DNA from: Saccostrea cucullata
Taxonomy: Eukaryota
NCBI RefSeq assembly: GCF_032062105.1
Contig: NW_026924391.1
Location: 62,001-126,000 of the forward strand
Reading direction: 5' to 3'
DNA: 64,000 nt
Shown here: piece by piece, positions 11,865-25,379 of the stretch
Numbering within the stretch: position 1 is the first letter of the stretch
Layout: every line of letters begins with the position of its first letter
The notes under the pieces: generated by a model
Databases searched by the model: none
Told to the model about the DNA's origin: nothing
What the model saw: only the letters and a program-made list of their open reading frames with translations
Translations under genes and position numbers: made by a program

Positions 11865-14800
11865 ATGGTGATTGTGTTGATTATTTATGCCTTGGTCTTT
11901 TTTACAAGTCATGGATTGAAATTAGGACAAGAAATCGAAAGTAAGTTCCTCTAGGCTAATGATATTTACACATACTTTGTCGGAAATGTATAGCTTCAAA
12001 TTCTATGAAAAGTAAAACAATATTTTTGTTGCGATTTTAGAGGTTAACGAGTTTGCAACAAAGGAAATGATAGCTGAAATGACTTCAGGAATCACTGGTC
12101 TGGCAAGGCGGATCCAAAACACTAATACAATATGTATTGACGAAATCAACAGAATTCGTAACTACGTCTGTGCTAAATGTACTGGAAATCCGTGAGAGTT
12201 AATTTTTGAAAATTATGAATACATCTATTCCACAACCTGTCCTTTATCTCTTTAAAGATTGTGCAATATAAAATAATTTTTCTATTTGTGTTAAGATTCT
12301 GAAATTTGTTTATGAATTGAATTTAATTTCTGATGTTTAAATAAATGACATTGACATTGATTGTTGTGTCAACGATTTCAGAAAATGACATTTCAAAATG
12401 TATTATCAAATTTAATCATTAAATAAAATTTTTCAGTGTCTTGCCATCTCTGACCGATATAAAACAAAATTTGAATAGACCGGTTCCAAAGATTTTGAAG
12501 CTCTTTTATGCTTTGATGGATGCTTTAACACCCGAGGCAATAGAGTTAGTGGGAGAACGGAAATTCATGATGGAAGAAGACTTTGGAAGAATGGCTGATT
12601 ATCTTAAATTAGCAACAAAACCAGGTGAATACTGGGTAATTTTAAAACAAAAGCCAGAAATCAAAGATGATTAACTTTCAATTTTTTAGCTACTTATTGA
12701 TACACACTCCAGAAAAAGTAAATGTTATGTAATTTTTCATAAATAGCAGTATTGCTTTATTTAACTCGATATTCATGCATTAAATAATAGTTTCTTTTCT
12801 GTCAATTTAATATTCTGAAATCCCAGTTTAGCGTTTCAATAATGATATTTCTATTTTAAAGAACTAGGAACACCGCTCGAAGAATCAAAACGCATAAGCG
12901 AAGAAATTGATTTAAAACTAGGGAATGTGACTACCAACTTTCGAAATGCAGGTAAGGAGAGAGAGAGTTTCTTAACCTTTTTCTTCATAAATTCTTCATT
13001 GTGCCTTATTAAAAGATGGATAGGACAAAAGATGCTTATTTCTGTATGGCACCTACTCCCACTGCAATTGTTTTTAGAGATCATTATCTTTTCTGCTCCA
13101 CTTTATGTGGGTTTAATGTACTTATGGGCTTGCTCTCTATTTGTTATCTACATACTGTTTGGCAGGTGTTGTAGGAAGACGAAAAAGACAATCTACCATC
13201 ACTATAATCAGATCTTGTCCGCAGTGTGATAGCCTGGATGGTGTGGACATCGAACAATACATTGATATAGGTAAATAGAATTGTTTTGGTTGCTTTTATG
13301 TTTGGCTGTGTTTCTGTTTAATTATCTGTGAATTGTCGCATCAGATGCATCTTCTTGCGGATGGTTTACTTTAGGTACATTTTTGTAATATTTTAAAATT
13401 TTTATTTTCATTTTCCTGCAAATCAATTACACACTTTATTCAAGTCATGAAAAAAAGATTTATTTTTGAAAATCTTGCTTCTAGAAAACAAGTACTTTTA
13501 CTTTTAAAATGTCAAATAAAATGAGAAAATGATTCTATATCAAACCAAAGAAACTACATTCTACCGGTCATGTAGCCTGGTGGTAAGACGTCCTTCAAGC
13601 ACCCTGCATTAGATGTGAAAGCCATGGGTCTGTCATGGTGTGAACTTGAAAACCGAGGTAGTGACTCTTCCTTAGCCAATTTCCGGCAATAGAGCAAAAT
13701 TCACGGTTCTTTTTGACAACTGACAAGACTTCAAAAACCGTTGTCCACCGATACGGTGGGCGTTAGCATGATAAAGAAACCTGACTGCTCAATGGTCACG
13801 AGAAGAGATATTAATTTTTAAGTTATATGAGACGTAAATCAACATGCAGTCAAACATTCCATATTATATTTGAATAAAAACTACATATGATTATTAGTGA
13901 TATGTTTGTCAATCCTGACAAGGTCAGAATCAAAGCAAAAGATTTTTCTGAAGCTGAATTATTTAAACAGAGGGATATTGGGATATAAAAATATATAAAT
14001 AATTTATACAGAAAAAGGTTTTAATAACTTAGGGACGATGTGTCGATTGATTGACTATACATGTATGTTGTTTAACTTCGCTCTCGAATTTTTCTCTCAA
14101 ATAGAGACGCCACCACTTGCTGGTGGAGAGCTGAATATTTTATCCTGTGATCGGCACTCAGTGCCATTGAGCGGGGAGCTCGAGGGGTCTTTTTCGTGCC
14201 AGCATCTACTGCGATAGGAGACTTCGGTTTATTCGGTCTCTTGCGAAGGACAGGTTTCCACGTCCCACAGTGGGATTCGAATCCGCTACGTAAGGATTAA
14301 CTTCTTACTTCGCAACTCTGGAGCAGCCGCTTTAACCACTACGTCACGCATACGACTTACATGTGTAAAAAAAAAAACTGCGTTTATACATCAAATCTTT
14401 ACTTGGAAATTGTTAGATCATCATCATAAAAAAGCTATAGGATAAAAAACTATATTTACATTTTATTAAAAAACAAACAAATTATTATAAGTTAATTTTA
14501 CATTTTCACCTGATCCTAATCCAATAAAGAGATATTAACGCGATTTTCATGTAAAATTTGAAAATCAAATGCTTGTGTTTATTTATGCTAGTTTGTGGAC
14601 CAACAGTGTTATTAAGCATCGACAGCATCATGGAACTGGCTGACCGGTATCGACTAATATTTAACACAACATTAGATTTAAATAATTACGACCCAATCAT
14701 TCAAGAGGTAAGGAATAGTTCTTTAAAAAAACAATAAACGATTTTATTAAAATTTCCAATTGATTGATAAAAGCATGTTTCTCAATGTTGAACTTGAAAG

Positions 14801-15144
14801 AAGAATGTGTTTTTAACTTTATTTCTATTAAAAAAATATGAAAACGTGGGGGAAAAAAGAATCTTTTTGCGATTGAAACATTCACATAATTATATCTATC
14901 TTTTTCAATTTCATTTTAGGTGGACTTTGATGAAAAAAGTGTCATATATCAACTTACACCGTATTTCAGCGTTGTAGCTGACATCAAAAGTTACAAATAT
15001 AGAATAGAGCAGACCATCTATACAAAGGATTCAACACCAGTTTCTCTTCATTTCAACAACTTGAACGAAACTGCTAAGTTTTTAGCCGGAGAAATCATGG
15101 AGAAACACGTTTATGGTCCAGGCACAGGATTTGGCTTTGCATAA
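11865..15144 (+). CDS. Secreted 316-aa proprotein (family 2, copy A): signal peptide, Cys domain, helical middle, RRKR site, conserved CxxC...VCG C-terminal domain
   Basis: Exons 11865-11940, 12041-12191, 12437-12624, 12862-12951, 13166-13270, 14592-14707 and 14920-15144 total 951 nt in an open frame. Protein: MVIVLIIYALVFFTSHG...ICIDEINRIRNYVCAKC...GVVGRRKRQSTITIIRSCPQCDSL...VCGPTV...VDFDEKSV...HVYGPGTGFGFA*. TATAAATA at 11247-11254. Confidence 0.85.
13565..13840 (+). mobile_element. Degenerate tRNA-derived SINE
   Basis: A-box-like tagcctggtgg head and a body related to the inverted copy at 14050-14355 (ctgctcaatgg motif). Confidence 0.5.
14050..14355 (-). mobile_element. tRNA-derived SINE
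   Basis: On the - strand: A-box-like tagtggttaaagcgg, B-box ggattcgaatccc, a body matching the fragment at 28697-28805, and a short microsatellite tail. Confidence 0.6.
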
Positions 15145-15647
15145 TAATGGTTTATGTTTCATGTTTCTTTTATAAATGATCGAATCCATGTAATATTCAG
15201 TACATGAACATAATAAAGGACTATTTCGAATTCGATATTTTTGATTTTTTAAAATCATAATATCGTGTAAAGGGTTGAAGATAAATCCTTTATTTATAGA
15301 GAATAGCTACATGTATATATCAGAAATGAAGTCCATATTGCCACAAAAACCTTAAGAAAGGTATTTTAAAACTTACCAAAGAAAACTGTTGGTATCGAGT
15401 TTGATTAATCAAAAATTATGTTATCATATTCGTTTAATTGTATATTTTGCACAGCTCTATTAATTCTTCTGTACTTTTTTGCCATAGGTGATTTTTATAT
15501 CCGTAATTCATCGATCTTTGAAAAATACACTTTTTTGCAATTTTTTGTCTTCAAATAATCGCTTATGATCAGTTATAGGCTCTCTATTCCCTGTACTTGG
15601 GAGAAAGAAATAGATGATGAGTTAGATAAAATATGAAAAAATACATT

Positions 15648-15995
15648 TAAGGAATGAATTTAATAGCTACCCATTTTATACGGTATAAACTGGGTTGGGG
15701 CAGTTTACGCTTTATAAACCGCGACGCGGTTTATAAAAAAGCGTAAACTGCTCCAACCCAGTTTATACCGTATAAAATAAATTCATTGCTTATAATTTAA
15801 TTTTCATTCATTTGATGTAAGAAAAAAGATGATTTTCCAGCAAAATGACTTCAATTTGTACAAATTTGAATGTAACGTCCCGCGGATTGATACGTTTTTG
15901 ACGAAAGTCATTGTGACGTAGGCAACCCATTTTATACAATATACAGTAAATATTTTATCCGACCAAATACAGCGTTACAATCAGAATTAAATTAT
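15648..15995. mobile_element. Short foldback element with a ~140-bp palindrome
   Basis: attttatacggtataaactgggttgg...tttataaaccgcgacgcggtttataaa...ccaacccagtttataccgtataaaat centred near 15724. A second inverted pair (ataatttaatt / aattaaattat) lies at ~15793 and ~15985. Confidence 0.6.
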
Positions 15996-17918
15996 ATACA
16001 TATAATTAAAACAATAAATCATTTCTTTGAAATCGGAACACTTCTTTTCTTAAGAACTTAAATTTCAAAGACTTGAAGAGACATACACTACCAGAAGTAG
16101 CACTAACTTCAGCATTACTTTTTGATCTCTTCGACTCATGTGAGAAAACGCAAGCTTTATTTTTTTAATAACCTCAATTCAAATAAGCATTACCATTTTT
16201 GATTTTGTAAAACATATCACTATTACAATGATCTAGTTGGCAAATATAATCTATCATTGGGTTGTATTCAACTAACATATTCCATACAAATCATTAGGGG
16301 TTTGTTATTTTTATTCAAAATTTGACTGTAGAACGTTAAACATGCATTGCATGGTAGTGAGGGAGACACTTTTTCGCTCTTAAAAAATCTCATATTACTT
16401 GAAAGGAAAATGATTGTTCGTGGGCGAGAAAACTTCATATCTCCCTAACATTCATTCGAAAACATTTTATTATCCAAGATGCACGAAATTTCAAGAAAAT
16501 TAAATGAATAGAACAATGTGAAACAGATATCAGTCATACCGTTAGCATCGCTTATAAAAATTGCTATATTCCTACTTGCAAATTCTGTTTGATTTATAAA
16601 CCAGTAACTTTAAACCCCATCCCTTATACAAATGTAATTTTTTTGTTTAATTTTACATCTTTGAATCAACACAATCAATCGACGATAGAAAGAAACTAAT
16701 TCACTAAATACGCTTTTAGTTGCCTTATTGAAACATCACAATCAGTTTTCTTTGCATAACAAAGACAATTGTCAAATGACTTTCGCGACCAATCGCATTT
16801 TGCCAAACTTGTGATAGTTTATACAACTACATATATATATGTATATAGATACATTAATTTCATGAAGTATAATGAAATACTTTTATTGCATAAGGGAATT
16901 AAATTGGAAGATTTATCCAACCAAGAAAAGTGATATTTCGGGAGGACGAAGGGAAAACAATTTTTTTCTTGGTTGAATTTTTTTCACAAATTGATGCAAC
17001 GAATTGTTTATCAAACCGAAGCAAACCAACTCTTTAAAAAATGAACACTCGGTTTCAAATTCAGCACTGTTATAACGTCACTATCAGTTATTAAATGTCT
17101 ATGAAACATTTAACTGAAGTCTTTTTGAAATTCAAAGGCGTTTCCTTGATTATTCATTCAAAGCATCCTTTTCGAAAAATGATCATTTATTTTATCAATG
17201 CTGCTCTCGGGAGTTTTCATTTAACGAATGAAAACTATTACGGCAACATTCATGACATTTCCGAAAAGGTTTATTTTATTGAATAACGAAAGAATGTTTT
17301 GTTGCCCTGTCACGTGACTGTCTAAAACCAGTTTCAAACGTGTCTTGTAGAATAATTATAACGACGTATAATTGTCCGTCCTATGGCTCGTGGTGGGTAA
17401 GACCGGTCAAAAGTGGGATGCTTATATACTCATATTCTTCTCATCCCACTTGTTCAATTACCATAAATCCTTGCTTTATAGCCTGTTTACAGATTTTAAT
17501 GGTTCAAAATTTTTTTTAAGTTTTCATTTAAAAACGTAAAAAAAATATGTCAACAAAAACTATAAAAGCAATCTTTATGTAAAAATAGTTTTAAAAATAT
17601 TGCTTACATGTGTTATAAGAGACAAGTAAAAAAGTATGTCTTTAGAATTTATTAAAATATTATATGAAAGCTTTCACAGAGATGAACGTAAAGAAGAGAA
17701 TATAATGAAAATATCATGACATAACATACTGTCAAAGTGGCAAAGTAAAGAACGGTAATTTTCAGTGTCTTCTGAGAACTATTAGGCAAGGAAAATATCT
17801 CTATATTTATGTGTGAATATTGCTTTGGGAAAGGAATACATACTATGGTCTAATATTCTTTAAGGAATAATTTTTTATTTAAGCAGTAATACATTTTTAG
17901 AAAGTCCTCGGGTTATTT

Positions 17919-19969
17919 TCATTCTGTGTCGTCCGCAAACTCCTCCTTCTTCTGATCTAATTCACCGTCTTGCTGATCATCTGCTTGTTTCAAAAAACAT
18001 GAAATCAATGAATAGCTCTGTGTCAATTTACAAAATAAGCAAAAAATGTTTAATTTTTAATATTAACAATTTATGCTTCAATGCTTTAGTAATGATAGTT
18101 TTAATGAAAGTTTACTTTTGAACAAAAAATATGTTTCAAGACAATACTATTGAAATGATTTGATTTCAAAACTTCCTTTCCAATTACTGCGTATATGGTA
18201 GGTGGAAATCTGATTAGAGGCCTAAAGATGAAAAAAGATGTGAATTGGGCACAAAGACAGACAATAAACTCACCTTCCGGGTCTCCAGCACATACGTCTT
18301 CATACAGGTCCATGTACTCCTCCTTGGTCAGGATATCATCTGTAGGGTAAACATTGTTATGTCGTAAAAATTTTTTTATTCAGTGAAATAATAAATCTTT
18401 AATCTTACGACAGAGTGATACATTAAAGATCAGTGTGATTTAATTTACTTCGAATCCTTCATAAAACTTTTACTATTATCATCTCTCTCTAGTTTAAAGA
18501 TTACAAAAAGTAATAAATTACTACATGTATGACTACCCGGTAGATTTCACATCGAGTCATTCGTCATGTATGTTTACAAGTAATTATAATGCCCCATTTT
18601 CTCTGAGTACATTATTTGCGAGCAGTATCATTAATTTTAGGAAGTTTTATGACTAATTTACACACCACTGTTCTGGTCCAGTTTATCAAATAGGTCTTCT
18701 AACTCCACTAGTCCTGTACTTTGAATCAAGGTTGCAAATTCATCCTTGCTAACATTGTTGTCGAAGTTCAAATCAAGAGTGTTGAATCTACAGATATCTA
18801 TATCAGGTATTTCCTGCACAAAAGATAGAATAAATACATATTTACCTCTTACATATTGAAAAGATAAAAATTAATTTATAGAAAAAATAAATTATCTAAA
18901 AAAAAATGGAGAAGACTTTTATTAGAGACGCAAATGTTTCGAGACTTTGGTTATTATTTTTTCTGAATAACGTTCATATTCATACTGCGTTTAAAACATA
19001 ACTTTATGTAACCTCAGAGTACATTTCCTTTCATTTTAGATTAAAAAAGCACAGCCTTAAAAAGTGGCATCAGGTATGAAAACCTTAAAAAGAAGAACTA
19101 TTTTTAAAAGTTAAGATGTTTAAAATGATAGATGGCTTTTTTCAGACTATCTAAAATTAAGATATTTCTATTTGTTTTGCTACTTTATATTAAGATAGGA
19201 CTTTCCTGTAAATTACACTATTTAAATCAATCGCGTTTCATATAGATATCACAGATTTGAAACAATAACTGATTTATTTCCGACTCAGAAATAAATACCA
19301 GACACAGTTTAAAGTCAATTTAACTAGTAGAAACGTGGGGTTATTTAAGTTCAAAATAGTTGGAATTTTGAATTCGAACGTAAATAACAGATATCATGTT
19401 TATTATCTCGTATTTTTATTTTTTTAGCCCACATACAACAAATATAGCTTTAGAAATTAAGGATTATTAATACGTTTACATAAATAGTATACAAGAATAA
19501 GATTTTTCAAACATACGCTTTCTACAGATCGCTTTCTGTCTCTCCTAAACATGTCCCGTAATCTTCTTGCCATGGAAGCTACTGTAATCACAGTGCCTGC
19601 AACCTTTATTGCTCTACCCAAACCACTGGATCGGGACCTAGACCTTGATCTAGAAGAACGCCTCCGGCCCCACGATTCCGCTTGGTCAATTGTCAGAAGA
19701 CCAATCAGGCAAAGTACAGCGAGGGAACGGAAAATAAGCTAATTATAAAAAATTTAAAAAATTAATTTCATTGTACTATGTATGAATAAAACGTTGGCAA
19801 AACAATTTTGTCAGAAAAATTCTTACAAGAAATATTCACTTAATTACAAAAGATATAATACAATGAAAATATATATATTATAAGAAAATATATTTTGGCG
19901 TTGACTTATATTCTCTACCATATTTAATTGAGGTGGGTTACACTTTAACTTAATTAAAGCACTTACCAT
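17919..19969 (-). CDS. Secreted prepropeptide (family 1, copy B): strongly cationic Arg/Ser-rich amphipathic peptide plus two-EF-hand acidic pro-domain
   Basis: Exons ATG 19969-19967, 19738-19517, 18813-18666, 18339-18274 and 17983-17919. Protein: MLIFRSLAVLCLIGLLTIDQAES|WGRRRSSRSRSRSRSSGLGRAIKVAGTVITVASMARRLRDMFRRD-RKR-SVESEIPDIDICRFNTLDLNFDNNVSKDEFATLIQSTGLVELEDLFDKLDQNSDDILTKEEYMDLYEDVCAGDPEADDQQDGELDQKKEEFADDTE*. Exon phases match both paralogues. Confidence 0.9.
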
Positions 19970-20023
19970 GACTTCAGATGCTGCCTCTCACCTCTAAGAT
20001 AAAAAATGAATGTATGGAGAACT

Positions 20024-20049
20024 TATTTATACTGACGACAACTTCCTTG
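20024..20049 (-). promoter_or_regulatory. TATA box with adjacent ETS-like site (copy B promoter)
   Basis: The - strand reads CAAGGAAGTT-gtcgtcag-TATAAATA, the same arrangement as in copy C. Confidence 0.65.
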
Positions 20050-21978
20050 TGAAAAGAACAATGACGTACGTCAAACATCTTGCATATACTTAATTTCTAC
20101 TTAAAAATTGGTTTCTTATCAAACTTACTAACTTATTTACAAGTATTTTGCATGATAAATTTCATTGGTGCTTTAAAAATGAGTTTATGAAAGTGAAACT
20201 ACTTCAGAAACATTTCTTAGAAAGATGCTCTTTGGACGAGGTCAAAATTTGAAACATGTTAAAATCGTGTAACTTAGAAATCCCGTAGATACTATATTAT
20301 TATAAGTATTTCATAGTTTGAAAATTTTCAGTACGAAAAACATTTATTGTTAGATAAGACTTACTGTCGATGATGTATGAAAGAAATAAAGTTTTAAGAC
20401 AACGTGATTAAGGTTTAAGGATGCCGATTGCCAGAATGTTATCATTTTTACAACGTAATAAATATATATTTGAGTCTGTTTTAAAACAGAAACGTGTACA
20501 ACATTTTTAAGAAATGTGAATGATAGACAAAACAATGGAGAATACCGTCATGCAGACTGATTTCTTTCTTTTTAATTCCATAAATACTCATTAAACAGAA
20601 TACTGTTTCGCGTAATTACATGAAAATAAAGTTCTCGCGAATGAAAAGTAATAATTAACAGTATGAGACAATGGTATAAAACGTAATGTTTCAAAATATA
20701 GACCTGAATCTATACTCAGAGAGTCGTCAAATAATATGTTATAGCAATCGGTATGCCTCATGCAACTCATAATGTCTCAATTTTTTCAACACATTATTTC
20801 AACAAGTAGAATTGATGCAAAGCATCAAATCGGCCGCAAACATAACATTTCAAAAAGTACTTTCAATTCTTTAAAGCATCCATGCAATGAAAGCGCAAGA
20901 TATTCAAAGCTGAAATAGTGATCATTTTTATTGCAGGCTGTCTTCAAAGCAAAATAAATAATTTTTTTTTTAGTAGAAATAAATAGAGTCATTGATGTAT
21001 ATAATGAAGTCAATGATAAATGTTAATTTATTGTCATCAAAATGAAGATGTAGGCCTATCAAGATGAACCACGTGCTGATACATTGGACCTTTGTCAAGT
21101 GATAATGCCATGGTTTCTGCAGAGTGGACTAGGCTGCAAGGCGAGGGCGGTGCAAAATGTAGAGAAAGATATCCTTCTGCAGCTGTGGCACATTCAAAAC
21201 AATTTTTACTTCTTGAACAACTTTTAAATTTTATTTTTCAGCAGGTATACGTTTACGTCATTATAATCCGGAAAATAATGACGATTTTCCTTCATATCTT
21301 ACACACTCCCAGGCTTGGGAGTAGCTATTGTAAAGTCTTTTTATTTAACCATAAATAATCAATTATCTGATGAGAAATGATAATTAAATTGAATCATAAT
21401 AACAGCAATTGATACTTATGGTTTAAAGCATGTTATTGAAATATTTTACTCCTGATTTTAAAGATGTTTTCATTTCAGAATTATTTTAATGAGCCGTTAT
21501 AAAAAATAATCTAATCTAGTTTCATTTCTCCATGTGCACTTTCTAACACAACCATAAATAGATCGGCCGCTGCTGCGGCCGATAATAATTAAAAAGATTT
21601 GACAAATTTTGATAAAGGCAAATCATATCCAACTGTGGACTCCTTTCTTACTTAAAATTTTCAAACAATGAAAATATAATGGTACATTGATTAGATAATG
21701 GTACTTTTAACATATAAGTTTCAAAATTTGACTTTTGTAAAAAGAGTAGCTTTCCTAGAAAGCCCTGGAGTTTTAGGTCACCCGATGTCGAATCATCTTA
21801 AAGTGGTTTCACTTTAAGGAACAAACTTTAAAATACTTGTAGCAACGAAAGAAAACTACGCAAAAATTTTACTAAAAAGCGTGATAAAAAAAGAGTTGTT
21901 TAAAAGTGATAAGTAGATGTTAAGTAGATGCTGATTTTGTTTTGGAGATACCCAAGTTGTGATGTCATTGTAATATAT

Positions 21979-22005
21979 CAAGGAAGTTTATCATCAATAT
22001 AAATA
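21979..22005 (+). promoter_or_regulatory. ETS-like site plus TATA box (copy C promoter)
   Basis: CAAGGAAGTT-tatcatcaa-TATAAATA, with the TATA ~60 bp upstream of the ATG. Confidence 0.65.
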
Positions 22006-22066
22006 CCGTCTACGAAATAACATAAGCATATCTTCATCTTCGCGGCTAGACGCATCATCTGAAGTC

Positions 22067-24535
22067 ATGGTAATTACTTTTTTTAGCATGCTTATTTAAT
22101 GTAGTAGGAGAATATCACCCTTTTAATTTTCTTTCTTTCTTTTTTGGTTATTCCAATATTTTTGAGTTTTGAGAGATATCATTAATCTATTTATATTTTT
22201 TTTTTATTAAATATAAGCTCAACTCCCGTTACCTCAATGTTCTTCTCCTGATTTGTCTTCTGACAATTGGCCAAACAGAATCCTGGTCACGAAGGCGCTC
22301 TTCACGTTCTAGATCCAGATCTAGCGGCTTGGGCAGGGCATCAAGAGTTGCAGACACAATATTTACCATGGCTGATTTGGCACAAGTATTCCGTGACATG
22401 TTTAGAAGAGACAGAAAGCGATCCGCTGAAAATGTATGTTTGAATATCTATGTAAAATTAAACCACACTAATATCCCTAATATCTAATATTTTTGAGGTT
22501 TATACTAGCAAAAGTTAAGGGAATCGGTAAACATATATGCCTTAAATTAAGAAAATTTTATAATGTTGAATTTCAATCATAAAAATTACTCAATCCTCAT
22601 ATCAGTTGACAATGAATTTAACTGTTGGATTAAAAAGTTACCTGTGAATTTTTAAAAAGATTAATTTATTTACGAGTAATAAGAAAGGGATCAAATAACG
22701 ATAAGCTATGCTTTACTTTCTTTTATACAGGCAATACCTAATATAGATATATGTAGATTCACCACACTCGATTTAAATGACGACAACAACGTTACCAAGG
22801 AGGAATTAGACACTCTGATACAAAGCACGGGATTACTGGAGCTGGAGGAATTATTTGAACAGCTCGATCAAAACAATGGTAGGTATTTAAAAAAATGAAT
22901 TGTGCTCACAAGTAATCACATGTATCCAGAAAAAAGGTGAATAATAAATTTTAAAATATATAATATATACGGTATTTAAAAGTTTTGGAAACAGAGTAAA
23001 AATAATCATAAAAGAAAATTACTATGCACAATTTCCAACTTAATTAAATTCGATTAATTTTATTATTTTGTCGAATCAAATAGACGGGAAATATTTCTTT
23101 TTTACCTTACAGATGATATCGTGACAAAGGAGGAGTACATGGACTTGTATGAAGATGTATGTGATGGAGACCCGAAAGGTGAATTTATCTTTTTTTTCTG
23201 AGTGTTTGATATTTATTCGACATATTTATGTAATTTACATGTATTTTATTTTCAATATCTCGAGTTGCTTTTTGCACCCCATTATTAGCAAACCTACTTA
23301 CAATGTATCAACATGAAGAAGAGTTAATTCAAAAACCTTTTTACTTGAAAAGAAGTCTCTTGAAATGGCCTTCAATTCAACATTGAAACAAATTGACATC
23401 GTTTATTCACAAAACGATAATTTATTTTCATTCGTTAATTGATTTTGATTGGATATTTTGCTAGAAAAGAAATAAATTTTTGCAACTGTACAACTTTATC
23501 ATAGATGTGATGACATCATCTTTTTTTCTGTCGTGAACTTGCTTTATTCATTTAACAATACATACAAGCCCACTCTCACTTTTTTTCCTGACTTTACTTA
23601 TTACTAATAGAAATGTCAGTGAAAGTCCGCTCCCTTTCATTGCAGGTCAGCAAAGGGTAATGTAGCATGTTTGAGTAAAAGAGTAAAAAATAAACTTAAA
23701 GAAGTTGGACACCTCCCTCTCGTATACACAAATACGAAATAGGATTTTCGAATTTGGACTATTTTCCATTTTTTCTAAAATGTAGATTTTTAATTTATTT
23801 TTTTGGCTGGATCCCCAGTTTCGAAAACAATGCTACGTCACTGCAATATACCATTATCTCCTGTATATGCTGTACATATCTCTTAGTTGAGTTGTACAGA
23901 AGCAACATGCTCTACATGTACTACTGAAAATTTCTAAAACGAGGGAATCTATTGACAAAAAAATAGAAAATACAGGAAATCAATAGTTCCGTAAAAAATC
24001 ATCAGTTTGCAAAAATAATAACCATATGGTCAAACAACGACCTTGTTTGCAAATGCAGCCATTAACTCCCATGTTGGCTGAGGTTATCATACAAAGAAAT
24101 CAATTCTTTCACCCTTAATAATCCTCATACTTTTCAATCTGCTGTACCATGATATGGAGCACAAAGCGGGCGAGGCTGGTTGACAGGGAATGCTCACTTC
24201 TTCCTGAGACCTAATCCGACCTTTGGTGTTTTAGAGATCCGTGTTTGTTCTATCCTTTAAATTTTATTCCAGTTGACTTTTGAACTGGATTACTGTTATC
24301 ATCATAATTATTTCAATTTCCTAAATCTCAGTCAGAAAATGAAGTATTGAAATCGAATCAAATCAATAATAACGAAAGGGGTCATACATCACGTAAACTT
24401 CATTTCGCTTAATTTATATCGACAAATAATTCTTATTTCGTTGATTTTTCAAACATTTTTTTAACTCCAGCAAACAACCAACAAAACGACAAACCAGACC
24501 TGAAGAAAGATGAACATACAGAAGACACAGTTTGA
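22067..24535 (+). CDS. Secreted prepropeptide (family 1, copy C): cationic Arg/Ser-rich peptide plus two-EF-hand pro-domain
   Basis: Exons ATG 22067-22069, 22218-22433, 22731-22878, 23113-23178 and 24471-24535. Protein: MLNSRYLNVLLLICLLTIGQTES|WSRRRSSRSRSRSSGLGRASRVADTIFTMADLAQVFRDMFRRD-RKR-SAENAIPNIDICRFTTLDLNDDNNVTKEELDTLIQSTGLLELEELFEQLDQNNDDIVTKEEYMDLYEDVCDGDPKANNQQNDKPDLKKDEHTEDTV*. Confidence 0.9.
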
Positions 24536-25062
24536 AAATAGTTAGAGGATTAGGAAACTTTTCAAATAATTTCTCTTATCAGTATAATACGTTAGAGTAG
24601 CTTTCACTATGTATAAATTTATTTCATTTACCAACGCAGTATTTCTACACATATAAAGAATACTTTGCCTGAATGATATTCAAAAAAACTGAAAATCAAC
24701 TTGGATTACTTTACCAAATTTACGATTTAAATTGAATGTATATACATTTTTATTGTATTTTTATTATTCTCTTCACCTTTCATGAGACTTTTTGTATAAT
24801 CTTTCAATAAAATGCTATAAATAGTAGATATTTGTTTTTATTTGTTTCTAATTACAAGACTGGTCGTCTTTTTAATATTTAAGTTTCGAAATGCAGAAAA
24901 TGATACTTATGTTTCCAAATCTGAGTTGTGATCAAGTCAATAGAATTTATGTGTTTTATGTGTCTGATGTGCAACATGTTTTATCATTGGCTAATTTAAA
25001 AAATAAAGTAAATGTAATGTATCATGTGCATTCTTTTTATTATGAATAATGATTTTTAACGA

Positions 25063-25379
25063 CAGGCACGTAGCAACAGGGGGGCCTGCCCCCCCCCCCC
25101 ACCACTTTTTCCCCAACAATACTTATACTTAAGGAAGGTTTGTTGTCTAAGGTAAATTTAGTACAAAAAATTGGTACCAAAAAAAAAAAAATTGGCACCG
25201 AAAAAAGAAAAAGTTGGCCTCTACCCCCCCCCCCCACACACACACAATAAGGTTTTTGACTTTGGCAACTTTTCTTTTTTCCTTTTTTTCTTTCTTTTTT
25301 TGCATGTCAACTATTTCAGTTAAGTAAAAAAAATTTCTCTGTCTGGCCCCCCTCCTTCAAAAACGATGCTACGTGGCTG
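25063..25379. mobile_element. MITE with short TIRs and 5-bp TSD
   Basis: caggcacgtagca...tgctacgtggctg, with TSD aacga on both sides and poly-C tracts inside. Inserted into a small pre-existing inverted repeat (25019-25476). Confidence 0.7.

Noticed and set aside
19551-19742. + strand ORF with DRDLDLDLEER
   Set aside because: Antisense shadow of the RS-rich exon of copy B.
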